Shown here piece by piece: positions 37,501 through 48,921 of a DNA stretch of 64,000 bases. The translations under genes and the position numbers were made by a program. The notes under the pieces were generated by a model, which was given only the letters and a program-made list of their open reading frames with translations, did not search any database and was not told the origin of the DNA. Within the stretch, counting starts at the first letter, position 1. The number at the start of each line of letters is the position of its first letter. The stretch lies in NCBI RefSeq assembly GCF_040938485.1, contig NW_027271913.1, positions 1,302,001 through 1,366,000 on the forward strand, written 5' to 3'. The stretch comes from Diadema antillarum (lineage: Eukaryota).

Positions 37501-40500
37501 GTTTTACAGCATGTAGAAAAAGTCGAACCAGGCTAGATGGTAATTACAGGTGTTCGTGTTATTACTAGTGTTATTAATTACTGGTAAGAAACTGTATGCT
37601 AACCCATTTTGAAACAGTCTTTTAGATTTTTAGAAATATCTCCTTGTTTGTGTCAAACTATCCAAAACAAGAATCCCAATTAACAAGCCCCACCTCCAAA
37701 CAACTGGAGACCTCTGTCAATTCATCTTCACATCTGTTTTAAATCACAATAAATCTATTTGGAATACCAATGTTATATTCAAAGACATTGAGTGAGTTCA
37801 TTGATTAGGGCTTAAAACTCCAAGACATAATGACAATCACCTTTATGATCAAAAGGACAGAAGACAAACCAAGCCTGAATATGAAATGAATGAGAATCAA
37901 TACATTCACATTTTTACCACAACAAAAACTGCAATCTGATGTTAAAACATGGCCCTGACTGTATTCCAATGTTAACCATCACCTACATTTTACTCACCTG
38001 CAGTCAGCATACTGCACAAGACCCATGTAAGTGGGCAAGGTGACAGTTTCCACAAAGAACGGTGCCAAAATATCCCTCTGAGCTTGGCGGTTACAGCACA
38101 GGGCAATGTTATACTGCTCCAAACAGTCTGGTGACTCCAAGTAGTTTGGACTCAACACTGTGACAGAAGACACAATTCTTTATGCATATTTCACTTATTT
38201 TGTGAAACACAGAGAACCCCTGTGTACCACATTTATATGAGAATTGATTGTATGGACAGAGAACTCACATAATTTTGAGGAACTGAGCTTTTGTCGGTAC
38301 TTCTTTGTGTGAAAGGAATTGTGAACAGTTCTCTGCTCAATAGTTCACCATATGACTTTCCTCTAAGCCCAACCTGGCCAATAAAATTCATCTAACTGTA
38401 CATATTTCAATACAAGTTTTGATGAATCATTTTGCTAAAACCTAGTTAATGAATAAATCAATTCTAATCTCTAGAGATAGAGGATATCTACAGCTGTAAG
38501 TCTGGGGGCTAATTTCATGAGGATTTTTGAAGCCATTTCAACTGATATATTATGAATTATATACAGTACCTCTATCTTCAAGCAACTTAGAGTTAGCGAC
38601 TGAATGGTTGTTTTCTAACTGTTGCCATAGTAACTGAAATCACTGATATGTACACTGACTGCAACCCCCCTTAACCTATTGAGGACGAATCCTGAGTATA
38701 CTCGGGCAAGTGTCTATGGGAAATGCCTGTTGTAGCAAAATCAGCCTGTCCTCAACGGGCTAAATATCTGGCCGCGTGGTGAATTTTACATCTATATAAT
38801 AAGACTACAACTGACCAGTGATGACCCGCGCACACCTGGTCATAACAGTGTAGATGTCCTGCTGCCAAATAGCGTCTCCGTCCACCTTCTGCTGCGAGGC
38901 GTAGATTCGTACGTCAGGCTTGAGCTGCTGTAGAGTGGCCTGGATGTCGTCGACTACCTTCTGGTCTTTGTTGCTGTACGACAGGTAGACATCGAAGTCC
39001 AGTTTGACTTCCTGTGGGAGAGAAACAATGAGAAACCCCTCGTCGTAACATCACTCTAATAACAACAAAAGCACTTATTCTCCTTTTCCTCTGGAGTAGA
39101 AGAAAGTCAAATGAGGATCACAGATGATAAAATGTCAATTTATGTTATATGCTTCCTTTCTGTTGACAGGAAGACTTGCATTGAGATACTTTATCACACA
39201 TTGTATCATTCATATTGCTACATACAATAAAACATTGTAAAAGTGTGATGAATTAGGTGACTTTATGTTCAACAAAGCACACATTTGTCAAAAACATTAC
39301 AGTAATGGCAGGTATCACTTTCATTCAATTTGTTTATGACGTTGTGTCTGATTAATTTGATAAATATGATTCACATGTCTGGGCAAAAGCAGACAGAAGT
39401 GACAATAATTCCATTCTGTATTATTGGCTGCAAAGTAAAGATTTGAAGAAGGTGCACAGGGTTGGTTGGTTTGTTTGTTTGTTGTTGTTGTTGTTGTTTC
39501 CCTTCACCTGCACAACAGCTATGAATGCATATAATCAACTCAGCACCATTGTAGTTCAGTGGTTACACACCAGTGCAGTGCAGAGCAGCTTGAAATCTTG
39601 TTTAATAATATCATATAGAATGGAAGGCATATCCACTGGTATGGAGATACCTTTTTAGACTCTTTATGGGACATTGAAATGACATAATTTATTGCACACC
39701 TTGCAGGGAATGAGTTATATTACCATGACACACTACCTTTGTGATGGAGAGTTTGGTCTCGAACCTTTCCTTGAGATCGGAGAAGAGCTTGAGGATGTCA
39801 TCATCGTTTGGTCTCTGGAGGATCATTGCTGCCTGCGTCTTGCTGAGGACCTTGGCATAGATGACAATCTTGAGGAGGCGGAGAGGAAGGCCGGCCTTCA
39901 TCCAGCTCACGGCGTTCTCCACCATCCCTTTTAGCATCTCACACTCATCACATCCCTGGGGTTATTCAAGGCAGTTAAGTTCACATCAAGTACTGTAAAG
40001 TCAAGTTGTATTCTTAGAACAAATGTACAATTGACTGTTATGGTAAAAAGATATTTTTCTCAACTCCAGGAGAAAGTTGTCTATTCCTGTCTATGACTCT
40101 TTATCCCAACAGCTTTCTTTACCATCTCTTTAAGCATTTTGCCTTCATCATATTCCTAATGTCATTTCAGCAGCAGATTCTACATGAAAGATAAGTCTAG
40201 CCTCCTGCCAGAGCTAAAGCTCCAAAAACTATTAATATTTTGTGGTGGTCCTTTTTGATCCAATATTCAAAGGCACGAGCAATGCACTTCATCCTATGAT
40301 TTCAATTACCTTATTCTTGATCCTTAGTAAACAAGACAGGACAAGACAAGAGTACTGCCCATAGAGAAGGCATCATATCTACACACAACAGTATCAGGCC
40401 ATTTATCAGTAATTTTCAATCTATCGTAACAATTTCTGTCATCTTCCAACTTTTTGCAGAGCTTCCCCAGTTTTCACTGAAAAATAAATCTTCATGGTAA

Positions 40501-42902
40501 TAGAGTATTTCCTTCAAGATTAGAATACTGCAAGAGTGGAAATGTTGAGGCAATTGTTTTTATTTTCTGTATAATTATTATACTGAAATATTTCCCAAAT
40601 TTAATAGCCCTAATTTACAGTGTGCAAAATTTGTAACAATTTTCACAATATGCATCATTTACAGTAGAATGAAACTCAGACACTAAATGACCATATCCCC
40701 TTAAACTAAAACATATCACAAACATCAAATTTGATCTGTTAAGCGAAGTCAATGTCCCACCTGGCTCCCAGCATTCAATAGTGGTGTGATGATCGAGCCG
40801 TCCTGGTTGTTTAGGATGGGGACAAGGCAACGGAAGGCGTGGGAAACCAACTCCTGGGGGCGCCCTCTTGCCCCTCTACTTGGGTCATAGTACCTTGACA
40901 ATCAAAATGAGAAGTTAGTCATGACTTGTCAATTGCTTCAGAGATTGTATCAAAAGTGTGATGTAATTCGATATAGTAAAGTTTACTGGACATATTGTTA
41001 ACATATGAATGTACAAACATGTACACATATAAATATATAGAAAATAATACAGATTAATCACCTTCCTCTCAGAAGATTCCCTACAAGAGCACAACACTTT
41101 TTTTCATTGGTATAACTATAGTCCTTGATAATCATGAGATAAGCACATAAGAAAATCTAAAGGACAGGTCGGGGTGTGGCATTTCATCAAGTGTTTTGTC
41201 AGTGATTTTCAGTGACGAATTTGCTCTTAGCAAATCAGATGTGAGGATTTCAGCTAAAAACAGTTGTAAGTGACTGACAAGTTTCATGAAATGCTGTTCT
41301 GATGTTGGATTGCGACTATAACCGCTTGTTTCATTGCTCCCAGCATCACCCTTTTATATTAGACCAGCACATTTCATCTTTACACCTGTGATACATTACA
41401 ACAATAAAAACACAAAACTTATTGTCTATGCTTCTGTACACTCGTTCTTTGCAATACACATACCCCCTTACAAACATACACACACATACACATTCTCACA
41501 CTACTTTACAACACTTTGAATAATGAGGGTGATTACCACAGACTGCACTTCACAAGGCAAACATACATAACCTTGGTATTGACTCTGTGCAAAATAACAA
41601 ACAATGTACAAGGAACACTTACAGTAAATAACCAGGAGACATCAAATCAATTCTCAAAAGAGTCTAGGAAATACTGTATATGCCGAATATTTTGCGAATT
41701 TCGTGAGTCAGGTGCTATTCGCAAAATAACAGACACGCGAAAATAATGACTCTGATCCCAATATGAATGAGACTTACACATAACAATTTCTCTGTTCAGT
41801 AAATTACTCCACAATCGCAAATTAAACCACTTGCAAAATCGTCGAGAAGTCCCGATTCACGGAAAATATGGCATATACAGTAGTTTACAAAATAAGATTT
41901 ATCAAAAACAAACAAAACAAAACAAAAAACAAGAAGACATTCTGGCAAACACGTCACACTTTTTTCCAGAAAATTCTCCCCCTCTGCTCTCAAAGCAAAG
42001 CAATCTATGATAAGGCAGGTGGTCAGGGAGAGGCTTGGTCCACCAGCAGGAATACAGGGCACGAAGATCCTCCTCTTGGTGGCTCCTTTTCAGCTCAGCC
42101 ACATCAATCTCAAGATTCTTATAGAGGGCGCCCATCACACCTATGCCTTTGCTGTAGCTTCCTACAAAGCAGAGAGAGAAATAAATTCCCAACAATTCTC
42201 CTTTGGACTAAGAGCACCTGTTGAATATGTCCTGATAAAGATATTGACAAGATTTGTCGATGACATGTCAGACTTTCCAGTCCTGACCACCTGAAATGTT
42301 TTAAAATATTACAAGCAAGTTTAATGCAAATACATGAAAAAACTTACCCCGAGTTGCATGTCAAGATTACAATAAAAGAATATCCTTTTGTGATAAAATG
42401 TATTTCAATAAAACTTGCTAGAAAAATGTATCAGATACTAAATAATGGCAGAGAATCATCACATGTTTACAGTGTATTGGGAAGAAATGTAGCAAAACAA
42501 ACAAAATTGCATGAAAATACTTAAAACAGAGTACAAAAAACAACAAACAAGCAAACAAACATACCATTTCCCTGGTATAGTTTTGCTTTGTAAAAAAATT
42601 AAAAAAAAAATTTGTTTTAAATATGGAGAGGCTCCATCTGCCCTTGGGATTAGTTAATCTTTTACGGATTCTACATGATAGGAAAAAACAAATTACAAAA
42701 CAACCTTACCTCCAAAGGCTGATACCAGGATGACATCTACTTTGTCTGAGTTAGGAAGCTTGGTGATATCTCCGAGGCAGAGCTCAATCCGACAGTCTCC
42801 TCCAGGTGTCCGCACGCACAAGGTGTCCTTTACAAGGAGGCCTGGAACTGGACCGTCCCCATCACTGGACCCCTCAGGACAATCGGTCAGGGTCGAACTC
42901 AT
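22549..42902 (-). CDS. Macro-like domain + three TIR domains, cytosolic, ~840 aa; coding exons 42710-42902, 41960-42161, 40761-40893, 39737-39955, 38816-39011, 37998-38157, 37075-37310, 36269-36405, 34750-34953, 31202-31633, 26768-26970, 23192-23303, 22549-22644
   Basis: Thirteen GT-AG exons join in frame (2523 nt). The N-terminus has Macro-like motifs [26 protein letters not shown] and [16 protein letters not shown]1: [11 protein letters not shown]...[18 protein letters not shown]2: [11 protein letters not shown]...[18 protein letters not shown]3: VILSFHPQD...[16 protein letters not shown]. No signal peptide or TM helix was seen. The least certain parts are the gtgtga donor at 41959 and the last exon. 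Confidence 0.88.
23639..26473. mobile_element. Non-autonomous pogo/Tigger-like (Tc1/mariner superfamily) DNA transposon, 2835 bp
   Basis: Perfect 23-bp TIR CAGTCAACCTCGGATACCTCGAA with TA on both sides and repeated subterminal TACCTCGAA motifs. No transposase ORF. Confidence 0.88.
24838..25925. repeat. Degenerate tandem array, ~70-bp unit x ~16, inside the pogo-like element
   Basis: Recurrent unit close to TTTGGAAATGAATAACAGTAATATTCRRCTCCGTACGATGCTAAAATAAATGTCGGATGTTTGCTTTTAC. Confidence 0.85.
27125..30931. mobile_element. Non-autonomous TIR element, Sola2-like (3.8 kb)
   Basis: Imperfect TIR GGG(TC/CT)ATTTCAC(G/A)TTAAGTGTACACTTTT with a 4-bp TSD ACTT (27121-27124, 30932-30935). GGG termini plus a 4-bp TSD fit Sola2; the superfamily call is an inference. 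Confidence 0.7.
31733..32290. mobile_element. Kolobok-like fold-back MITE (558 bp, long TIRs)
   Basis: TTAA|AGGG...CCCT|TTAA with about 200 bp of imperfect inverted repeat at the two ends. Confidence 0.8.
32458..34216 (+). mobile_element. Helentron-associated non-autonomous element (HINE/Tsp/pearl-like)
   Basis: 5' AAACTAGAAAT with subTIR TATGCCTCCG (32487-32496), TGACCTT-rich core, (GACG)n microsatellite, and a 3' hairpin ATGCCTCCG..CGGAGGCAT followed by an A-run. Confidence 0.75.
35185..35530. repeat. Degenerate (TCCA/TCTA)n low-complexity tract
   Basis: Direct reading; a similar tract lies at ~48170-48600. Confidence 0.85.
35643..36200. repeat. Composite fold-back interspersed repeat
   Basis: Inverted pair 35643-35674 / 35891-35923, a ~50-bp-arm hairpin 35952-36004 / 36022-36071, and a duplicated arm at ~36127-36172. 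Confidence 0.75.
38675..38759. mobile_element. piggyBac-like miniature element, second copy
   Basis: TTAA|CCTATTGAGGAC...GTCCTCAACGGG|CTAA; closely similar to 52585-52669. Confidence 0.7.
41672..41882. mobile_element. TACTGTA...TACAGTA MITE family copy (opposite orientation to the 20218 copy)
   Basis: TIR TACTGTATATGCC; the interior resembles the reverse complement of 20218-20440. Confidence 0.75.
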
Positions 42903-44899
42903 CTTGGCTCGCCTCCCTAGCCTGTATTGGTGTCATTTTCAAACCCAGATTCTCATACTGACCAAAAGTCAAGGGTGCAACCACTTTAAGGCAAGTTGAA
43001 CTGATTGAGTTTCAGTTTCAGTTTAATTTGTCCACTTGTACATGTGTAATCATTATGATAGATTGCCTACAATGTCCTTATCAAAATATAAATAAGAGTA
43101 CATAAAGACTTCTTTAGGAAATAAATCTAATTCCATGTACATGAGAACAGAACAATATCATATTTGAAGGTACAAGTGGAGGAATCATGTGACTGTCATA
43201 CAAGAGATGAGATCATTAGACAGTGAGTGCTAACCAATGAGAACCAGTAATAACTTGCACAGTATATGATTAAAGTATTCCTCAAATCATTCATGCTATG
43301 TTTACATTGATACCTTAAAAAAAAAAAATTGGGAGTAAAACAAAGTTTATATTTCATCCAGCAAGAAAAAGAATGACACTGAAACTGCTCTATCCTTGTT
43401 ATCAGTTTAAAATGATTATTTAGAGAATAAGTACTGGTAGACAGGATTTCATATAGGCCTATTTGTAATGTGTTGCATGACACTGGAATGAAAAAACATA
43501 AAAACAGATGACATTTCATTATACATTGTAGTGCTGCTTGTTAAAAAAATATACAGAATAAAGTAAGACCATTACTTATACTGCAAACATGTCTGTTTAT
43601 TAAACGAAGCTATTTTTTTCCCCAGGAATTTTTCCCATCTAGAGGAAAAACAAATCAGCTAAGAGTTCTCTTCCAGTGATTTCACAATAAAAGGAAAGTT
43701 TACCTCTCTTACTCATTTTTTTTTCCTTCTGTTGTAACATCAACTGTATGCCAGAGGATAACATTCTGAAGGAGTTCTAACTGCACAAGTCTACAAAATA
43801 TCTGTATTTTCCTGTCCTTCTACTTGCATTTTAATCAATTCAGCTATAACTTACAAATCCATGGTTTCCAGGCACTGCTTCTTTGACCTTCTGTGCTTGA
43901 GCTGGTGTTGACAAAACTGGTTTTACTGCTATACCTTGGTCAACTTTGGTACCACATTTCATGTCATGGCATTGGGAGGAATGTTGCTTCAAGATTTGTT
44001 GGCTTGTAAACAGATTTAGATGCCTGTTGAAATCAGTCAAAAGGAAAAACAAGAACAGCATACATAAAGTAAGCAATACGCTTCATATCTTACTATTTTA
44101 TCACACAGTCTCAGCTTTTTAAACAAGTTTATCACATAACTATCCATGTGTGAAATACCATATGGGCCATTCCACGAAAAAAAAAATAATGTTACTTTTT
44201 CTGAAAATCATAAAATTGCAATAATTTGAAAAATGAGCTGTAGATACAAATTTAGTATCAAATGCAAGAACTTATCAAGTTCTTTCATTTGAGTGGTATT
44301 TTGATACAACTGAAGTACATTTCAGCATCATTTTCTTCAAAAAGCTCATTTTGGGGCAATATTTTTGACATTTTTTTTTATTTTATTTTATTTATTTATT
44401 TATTATTATTTTTTTTTTTTTTTTTTGGGGGGGGGTAAAAACACACAATCTTTGACTCTCACTATTCCATGTATATTCACCAACACTTCAGAATTTGTTT
44501 CAAAGGGGTTTATGGTTAAGGATGGACAAAACACTAATATTGTAGTCTTGTCTTAGAAACAACTGTGTTGAGGTATGAATATCAGGACTTTAAATAGTGG
44601 ACAAAGTTGTAATGTCCGTAATGCTGAAAGTGTAATGTCCATAACGTAATATTTGTGAACCTGTAGAGTAAATGCTGAATCTGTTGTACACAATTATCAA
44701 TCTACAACTTAAATAGGACCGGAGTACTCATTTCAGAAGAAAATTTCCTTTACTTATAATGCTCCAATTCATAAATATTTCAACATATCCACATAAGAGG
44801 TAAATTATCGTGTCCTAAAAATGTAATGTCCGTAATGGCAAGTATTTTGTGTAATAACTACCAAATGATTCCGTAGTAACTAATCAAAACTGGAACAGC

Positions 44900-45407
44900 T
44901 ACTGTATATGCTATAATTTTCGCGTACATAAATTTTCGCGAATTGCCGCTGTCACACATTTTGGCGAGTGGTTAAATTCGCGATTGGGGGACTAGAGAAA
45001 ATATGAAGTGGCGAAGAAAGTGCGAATTTTCAACTTACTAGCAAATAAGAATGATACTAGTTATACACTGCATGAAAAAAACTTACCAAACTCTGCGAAC
45101 TAGTAAGTTAGAATTCAACATTTTTGAAGTAGTTAAGTCCATCGCGCTAGATTTCTGACGAGTGGTCCCCTTGCGATAATGGATTGGCTCTCTACAGTAG
45201 ACGTGGACGTGCGTAAACAAGCTTAGCCAGTATGGTCTGTTTGGTAAGCCGTGACATGGTATACTAGTACTGAAATGTTCGTATCATCAAGACAAGGGAT
45301 TCATTTTAGAAGGTAATATTTTCGCGTGTTGTTAATTTCGCGAATAGCTCCCGACTCGCGAAATTCGCGAAAATAAAACCCCCGCGAAATATATAGCGTA
45401 TACAGTA
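44900..45407. mobile_element. TACTGTA...TACAGTA MITE family, longer copy
   Basis: TIR TACTGTATA(T/C)GCTATA and several TTTCGCG/CGCGAAA repeats. Confidence 0.8.
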
Positions 45408-46115
45408 GTTAACACTTCAGGATGACTGGATTAGAATAAACCTAGTTGAATGGATTCAGAATGATTATGTTGAAATGTTGATATGGGGCCACAAAGCCAC
45501 AGAAAATTCTCTGAATGTAATGTCCATAACACTGGAATTGCCCATAACAGTAACTTTTTGTAAGAACAATCACTAAAGCAGCATACAGAAATTCTGTTCA
45601 CTGTTATGTCAGCTGTTTGTTGGAAGTCATTCTCAAAGCACATCTTTATAAAACAAGACCATGATCAAAATATTCTTCACGCAAGCTAGAAAGAACTACC
45701 TTGCATGAATTTTAATAAAAAGTTTGCTTTGAACTCTAAGCAACCTCAGTATTAAAAACAAATTAACATGACAAATCAAAGGACCATATTTATCAAAACT
45801 CAAATTAGATGAATGCATACAAAGAGAAATTGGCCAGAAATATATAACGGAATGAACAAAAAATGAGAAAAGACCCTCCTTGATGGAATTGCATTTTCTT
45901 TGATTATTTCTCAAGTAGTACATTAGTTTAAGTAAACATTTGTCTGTGCTTTATTTCCCTATCAAAATATGTCATATAATGAAATATCACTCTCTAATGA
46001 TATCAAATGTATAACACTCACTGTACTACAATGTACTAATCCCCTTGTAATCACTAGAACATCATCCTGCTCTCCTGGTACATTAAACACATACTATGTG
46101 TTTATACAACTTGTG

Positions 46116-46156
<41 letters not shown>

Positions 46157-47454
46157 TCAGTGGTATTTTGAGTGAGTGTAGTGTATGCAGGGAGGTGTGA
46201 GAGAGATCACCTCCCTGGTGTATGTATAAAAACATTGAATTTTTTTTTCATCCACAAAACATTTCAAAGACGAACATATGATGAAATAATATTCTTGAAA
46301 CGTCTGAGTAAATTATTTCTTTATTTTTAAGCCAACCATGCGTGCCATTTGTATACTATGGCATGTATTGTTTACTGAGACTTTCTTCAGTGTTGTTGCA
46401 GAACATACACTATAATTACTCCTTTTTACTCAAGGACTTACAATAGACAGTTCAATACATTATTCATGAGGTGACTTGAATAGTATGTCCAAATAAGGCA
46501 TTGGTGGTAGCATGCACAGCCAACACAAAAGCTTTTGTATGCCACAGCTTTCAGTATACATGGACTATTGCACCACACACCCCTCAACAACAACAAAATA
46601 AATGTCTAAGCAAAGGTATGACACTCTATGATACATCGCCTAACAATCACACTGACTAGTCTACTTAACTAGACTCCTTTAATGGTACTGTGCAGACTCT
46701 GGTAGTCTCTCCTATTATCTTTGCAATTTAATAGTTGTTTAATCTCCCTCTCTAATACTTTGAGATTATATTTTGCATTTCCAGCCAGTGTCTTTCCCTA
46801 CAATGCATTTTTAAAGAATCTTTCCTGCCTATAATGAGTCATACATCCAGTCCCTTATTAATTGTGTCTCTTCCTGTATGAAACAATAGCAAGCCATGAC
46901 TCAAATTCTGAGACAAGAAGCTGTGACAACACAATTTACAAAGGTACGCTAAAAATATTCAATAACTTGTCAAATTAACTTATGTAATTATGCATTCTTT
47001 TCTTCTAAGCTTCTTCTTCTTCAGGGTAATTGAATGTGCATACCTCCTTCAATCCTGAAAATTATTCCTGATAATTATCATGTGGTATGATTTGTTTGGT
47101 GTTGATCAAATTGGATTTACACTAAATCATACTGGTACAGGATTAACTAGACAGAAAAATCTGCCTGTCCGGAGGAGTTTTTGAATTATTTAATTTTTTT
47201 TTTTTTTTTTTTTTTTACATGTACGGCCCTCCTCCGTAGGTTTGAAAAGGATTCTGTGAATCAAGCCAGACGCAGTCTCCACTGAACATATCCATCACGA
47301 CAAGATCAAATTCAAAGATACAGACCGTTCTTTTAGTCAAATAAGGATTAACATCTTACCGTTTAAAACAGGAAAAGAGCATTAAATTACACAAAATCAG
47401 TAAAAATTCTGGAAGAGAGGAGATTAATTTGTAAAAGTACAATGTAGTACATAC

Positions 47455-47760
47455 CTCGTTCTGTCTGTCAGCAGGGTTAGAGTTGGAGGATCAGTGGTAT
47501 TACTCCACCGAACCGAGTGGCGAGATCAACATCACTTCCGCAGTACGACCTTGGCCCTTGCTGATGTGCCGCTGTAGCGGCTGCTCTGGCTAGCTACCGG
47601 GCTACTCTCCCGGAGGAAAGGGGCCACACGGGCGGGAGAGCTCGAGAGGCTAAACCAGTACGCGTGGGGAAACACTAATCCATGTCCAAACAGCTCAGCA
47701 GTAGAGTGTTTCAAGAGTGAATTATAGTATGGCGTCAACTCTTTCCTGTCCAACCCTGGC
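47455..47760 (-). other. Probable non-coding first exon of the Macro-TIR gene (upstream boundary uncertain)
   Basis: Donor GAG|gtatgt at 47454. The region is CpG-rich and is the nearest such island upstream of the exon acceptor at 42921. Confidence 0.5.
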
Positions 47761-48100
47761 ATTAGCCTTTCACCTGGCAAATCCTGTTCTTTCTATATTT
47801 ATTTACAGGAAACAACTTTAATCTCGTCTATGAGGTACACGCCACCGGCAGATGTTCACAGTTTAATATGACTGTATTAAAACGCTAGACTGATGACCAG
47901 TCGCAGCAGGTACGTCGTTGGCAAAATCCTCCGATATACTTCGTGGATCTCTCGGTTTTGGTGTCGGCGCGATCAGAGGATTCGCAATGTGCAGCTGTAC
48001 ATTTATGTAAAATTATGAGTACGTCCCCTTTCCCACCGGAAGTATCAGAATCGCAGGTGTACGGAATACGGTAGTCATGTCTGTGAGCTTATGGAGGAAG
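47500..48100 (-). promoter_or_regulatory. CpG-rich promoter region of the Macro-TIR gene with ETS motifs
   Basis: CCGGAAGT at 48036-48043, ACTTCCG at 47534-47540, and raised CpG content. Confidence 0.4.
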
Positions 48101-48778
48101 CTGCAAAAATAGGCCTACTTCGGATAAAAGTTATCGCTCTTTTATAAACCAAAATGGAGCTATCTATCAATCTCTCTCTCTCTCTCTCCCTCTCTGCTAT
48201 ACCTACTCTTTCCCATAAAATCAATTCATCTGTGTATCTTGTACATCTAAATGTATTTATCTATTTCTTTCTTTTTTTTTCTTTCTCTCTTTATTTATTC
48301 ATTTAGTCATCTATCTATCAATCTATCTGTCTATTTTTCTGCCAGTATCTACCAATCTATCTACAATTTATCTTTCTGTACGTTGATCTAAAGGTATCTA
48401 TGTATATGGTATATATCATGTATCTGTCTTTATATTTAGCGATCAATCTATATCCATCCATCCATCCATTCATTTTAATTTCCATCTAGCTATCTCTCCA
48501 GTGTTTTATACTGTTGTTCCAATCATCAATCTTCATTTTAATTTATGAACCTTCTACTTTATACCTATATAATCTACCTTCTGATCTATCTTCCATAAAA
48601 TCATCACTTTTTTATTCTTTCAACCTCTTTTTCCTTGCATAGTATGTAATCATTCTTCAATATCTCTGATGAACAGTATCTTTCTATCCATGTGCTGTAT
48701 TTTCCAAAGAATTATCTATATGTCTCCATATATGCAACATACTAACTCTCTATCAGAGTTTATTCCATTGTCCTTTAG

Positions 48779-48921
48779 CAGGGGCGGATCTAGGAATTCC
48801 GTAAAGAGGGGGCGTACACACACCCCTCCCCCCCCCCCATTTTTTCTCTTTATTTCTTTTGTTTTAACAAAAAATAAAGGGGAGCGCGCTCCCGGTGTGC
48901 TCCCCCTTGTATCCGCCACTG
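48779..48921. mobile_element. GGCGGATCC-type MITE
   Basis: CAGGGGCGGATCTAGG...GTATCCGCCACTG inverted ends; related ends at 49521-49541 and 61721-61862. Confidence 0.7.

Noticed and set aside
47526-47534. TGA-TGT-TGA read as a selenocysteine U-C-U motif
   Set aside because: No SECIS-like element was recognised downstream and the flanking peptide is not thioredoxin-like.
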